Assembly: GCA_035221665.1 (NCBI GenBank)
Contig: CM069135.1
Coordinates: 26,598,001-26,662,000 of the forward strand
Reading direction: 5' to 3'
Length of the DNA: 64,000 nucleotides
Source: Okamejei kenojei
Taxonomy: Eukaryota
The notes beneath the pieces are model-generated. The model saw only the letters and a program-made list of their open reading frames with translations. It was not told the DNA's origin and did not search any database. A program made the position numbers and the translations under genes. Positions 62,391 through 64,000 of the stretch are shown here, one piece after another. Position 1 is the stretch's first letter. Every line of letters starts with the position of its first letter.

Positions 62391-64000
62391 TTTTTTTTAT
62401 TTTTATTTTTAAATTTTATAATACAACTTAGGAGATAGGTCCGTAGGTACAGAAAACAAAACTATTCGTCTAGTCCTGGGTTCAAGCTTCCGTCGAGCCT
62501 CAGCGCTGACCCATTCTACCCCTTCAAATAATCTATGAACGGGGACCATATTCTAATAAATAATTCAGGTTTGTCGATTAAGACAAATCTTATTTTTTCC
62601 AGATTTAAGGTCTCCGACATCTCCATAATCCACATTTTAGTTGTAGGGAATGCAGGGTTTTTCCAAAATTTTAATATTAGTTTTTTTCCCAGTTATTATA
62701 CTATAATCCAGGACATTTCTTTGGTTTATTGTTAGTTTTGGGTATTGTTCAGATATGCCCAATATTATTAATTTAGGATCGGGATCCAGTTGAATATTAA
62801 CCACTACGGAAATAATTTTAAAAATATCCACCCAAAATGTTTTAATTTTTATGCAATTTACAAAAGTATGGGTTAAATTAGCCTCAGAGTATTGACATTT
62901 GTCGCAGAGAAGAGAGATATTAGGAAAAATTCGGTTTAATTTTGTTTTAGAATAATACAATCTGTGTAATATTTTAAATTGTATTAAAGAATGTCTGCGT
63001 TTAACGAACATTGATGTATATGTTGTAGGCTTTCATCCCAAATATCTTTCGTTATGGGTTGAACTAATTCATTTTCCCATGCTTGTCTATGTGATTCCGT
63101 CGACGGATTCTCACTATCTAACAGAATATTGTAAATATATGATATTAATTTGACTGCATTGGGATGTTTATTCAAACATTCGTCTAGAATCTCTGGTTCT
63201 CTAATTCTGTATTCTTGTGTATGTGATTTAACATAATCTTTCAATTGTAAATATCTAAAAAAATTATTTGAATGTAATCCATAATTCTGTTGTACCTCCA
63301 GAAACGAGAGGAACATACCATTTCTATAAAGATGTCCCATCTTTTTAATTCCATAGTTTTTCCATTGTGTGAAGCCTTTATCCAATACCGAAGGCTTAAA
63401 TGAAGGGTTATTTGCAATAGGGAGCGAAAGTGATAAATTATCCAATTTTAATGTTTTTTTTATTTGTTTCCAAATTCGAATGTATTATTATTGGATACAT
63501 AATACTATGTATTATTGGATTTTCACTATAGATCTTTTTGTTCAATTTTGTAGGGGATAGGAGAATCGGACCAATTTCAAATGGCAGACAGTCCTCCTTT
63601 TCCATCTTTACACCAATCTGGTTGTTGATCCATATCTTCCAACCAGAAATTTAAGTTTTTGACATTGACTGCCCAGAAATAAAATAAGAAATTTGGTAAG
63701 ACTAATCCTCCGTTCGTCTTAGATTTACATAAGTGTTTTTTACTTATTCTGTGATTCTTATAATTCCAAATAAAACTTGTTACAATAGAGTCAATTTTTT
63801 AAAAGAATTTTTTAGGTAGGTATATTGGAATTGATTGGAAGAGGTATAGAAGTTGAGGAAGGAAAATCATTTTAATTGCATTAATTTTATCGAGCATTGA
63901 AATAGGAAGCGTTTTCCAGTATTGAATATTCTTATGCAATTTATTAAGTAAAGGCACGAAATTTGATTTAAATAAAGAAGTATATTTCTTGGTCACATAG
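62391..64000 (-). mobile_element. L1 3' portion in antisense, continuing past the window end
   Basis: KINAIKMIFLPQLLYLFQ, NFFRYLQLK, LIQFKILHRLYY, CDKC; poly-A tail read as a T-run at 62391-62410. Confidence 0.9.

Noticed and set aside
61490-64000. Twin-primed (5'-inverted) single L1
   Set aside because: The poly-A lies at the internal junction and the overlapping ORF2 segment differs (TKRFDSLFKSNFP vs TKKYTSLFKSNFV), so these are two separate L1s.

Overview
Eukaryotic, repeat-rich vertebrate DNA; the repeat families (HE1-type and Deu-domain SINEs, shark-type CR1, Penelope) point to a cartilaginous fish, probably a skate or ray (inference). Two genes lie head-to-head. NID1 (nidogen-1) coding exons 1-7 are on the minus strand (37923 to 4203) and the gene continues beyond the window start. 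GPR137B coding exon 1 is on the plus strand (59404-59754). The rest is mostly transposon debris: CR1, L1, Rex1/Babar, Penelope, a Gypsy remnant, MITEs and SINEs. Main observations: (1) three non-autonomous Helitrons that appear nested at the same A|T site 6 nt inside each other's 5' end, then invaded by a full-length L1 that is itself invaded by a CR1; (2) a 1-bp frameshift in NID1 exon 7; (3) a perfect 83-bp inverted templated insertion; (4) minimal hammerhead-ribozyme cores in Penelope pseudo-LTRs; (5) a structured ~850-bp non-coding retroposon family with a covarying hairpin; (6) a three-frame uORF cluster before GPR137B. Repeat boundaries are approximate unless a TSD is quoted. Comparisons to human proteins and repeat consensuses are from memory, not from searches.
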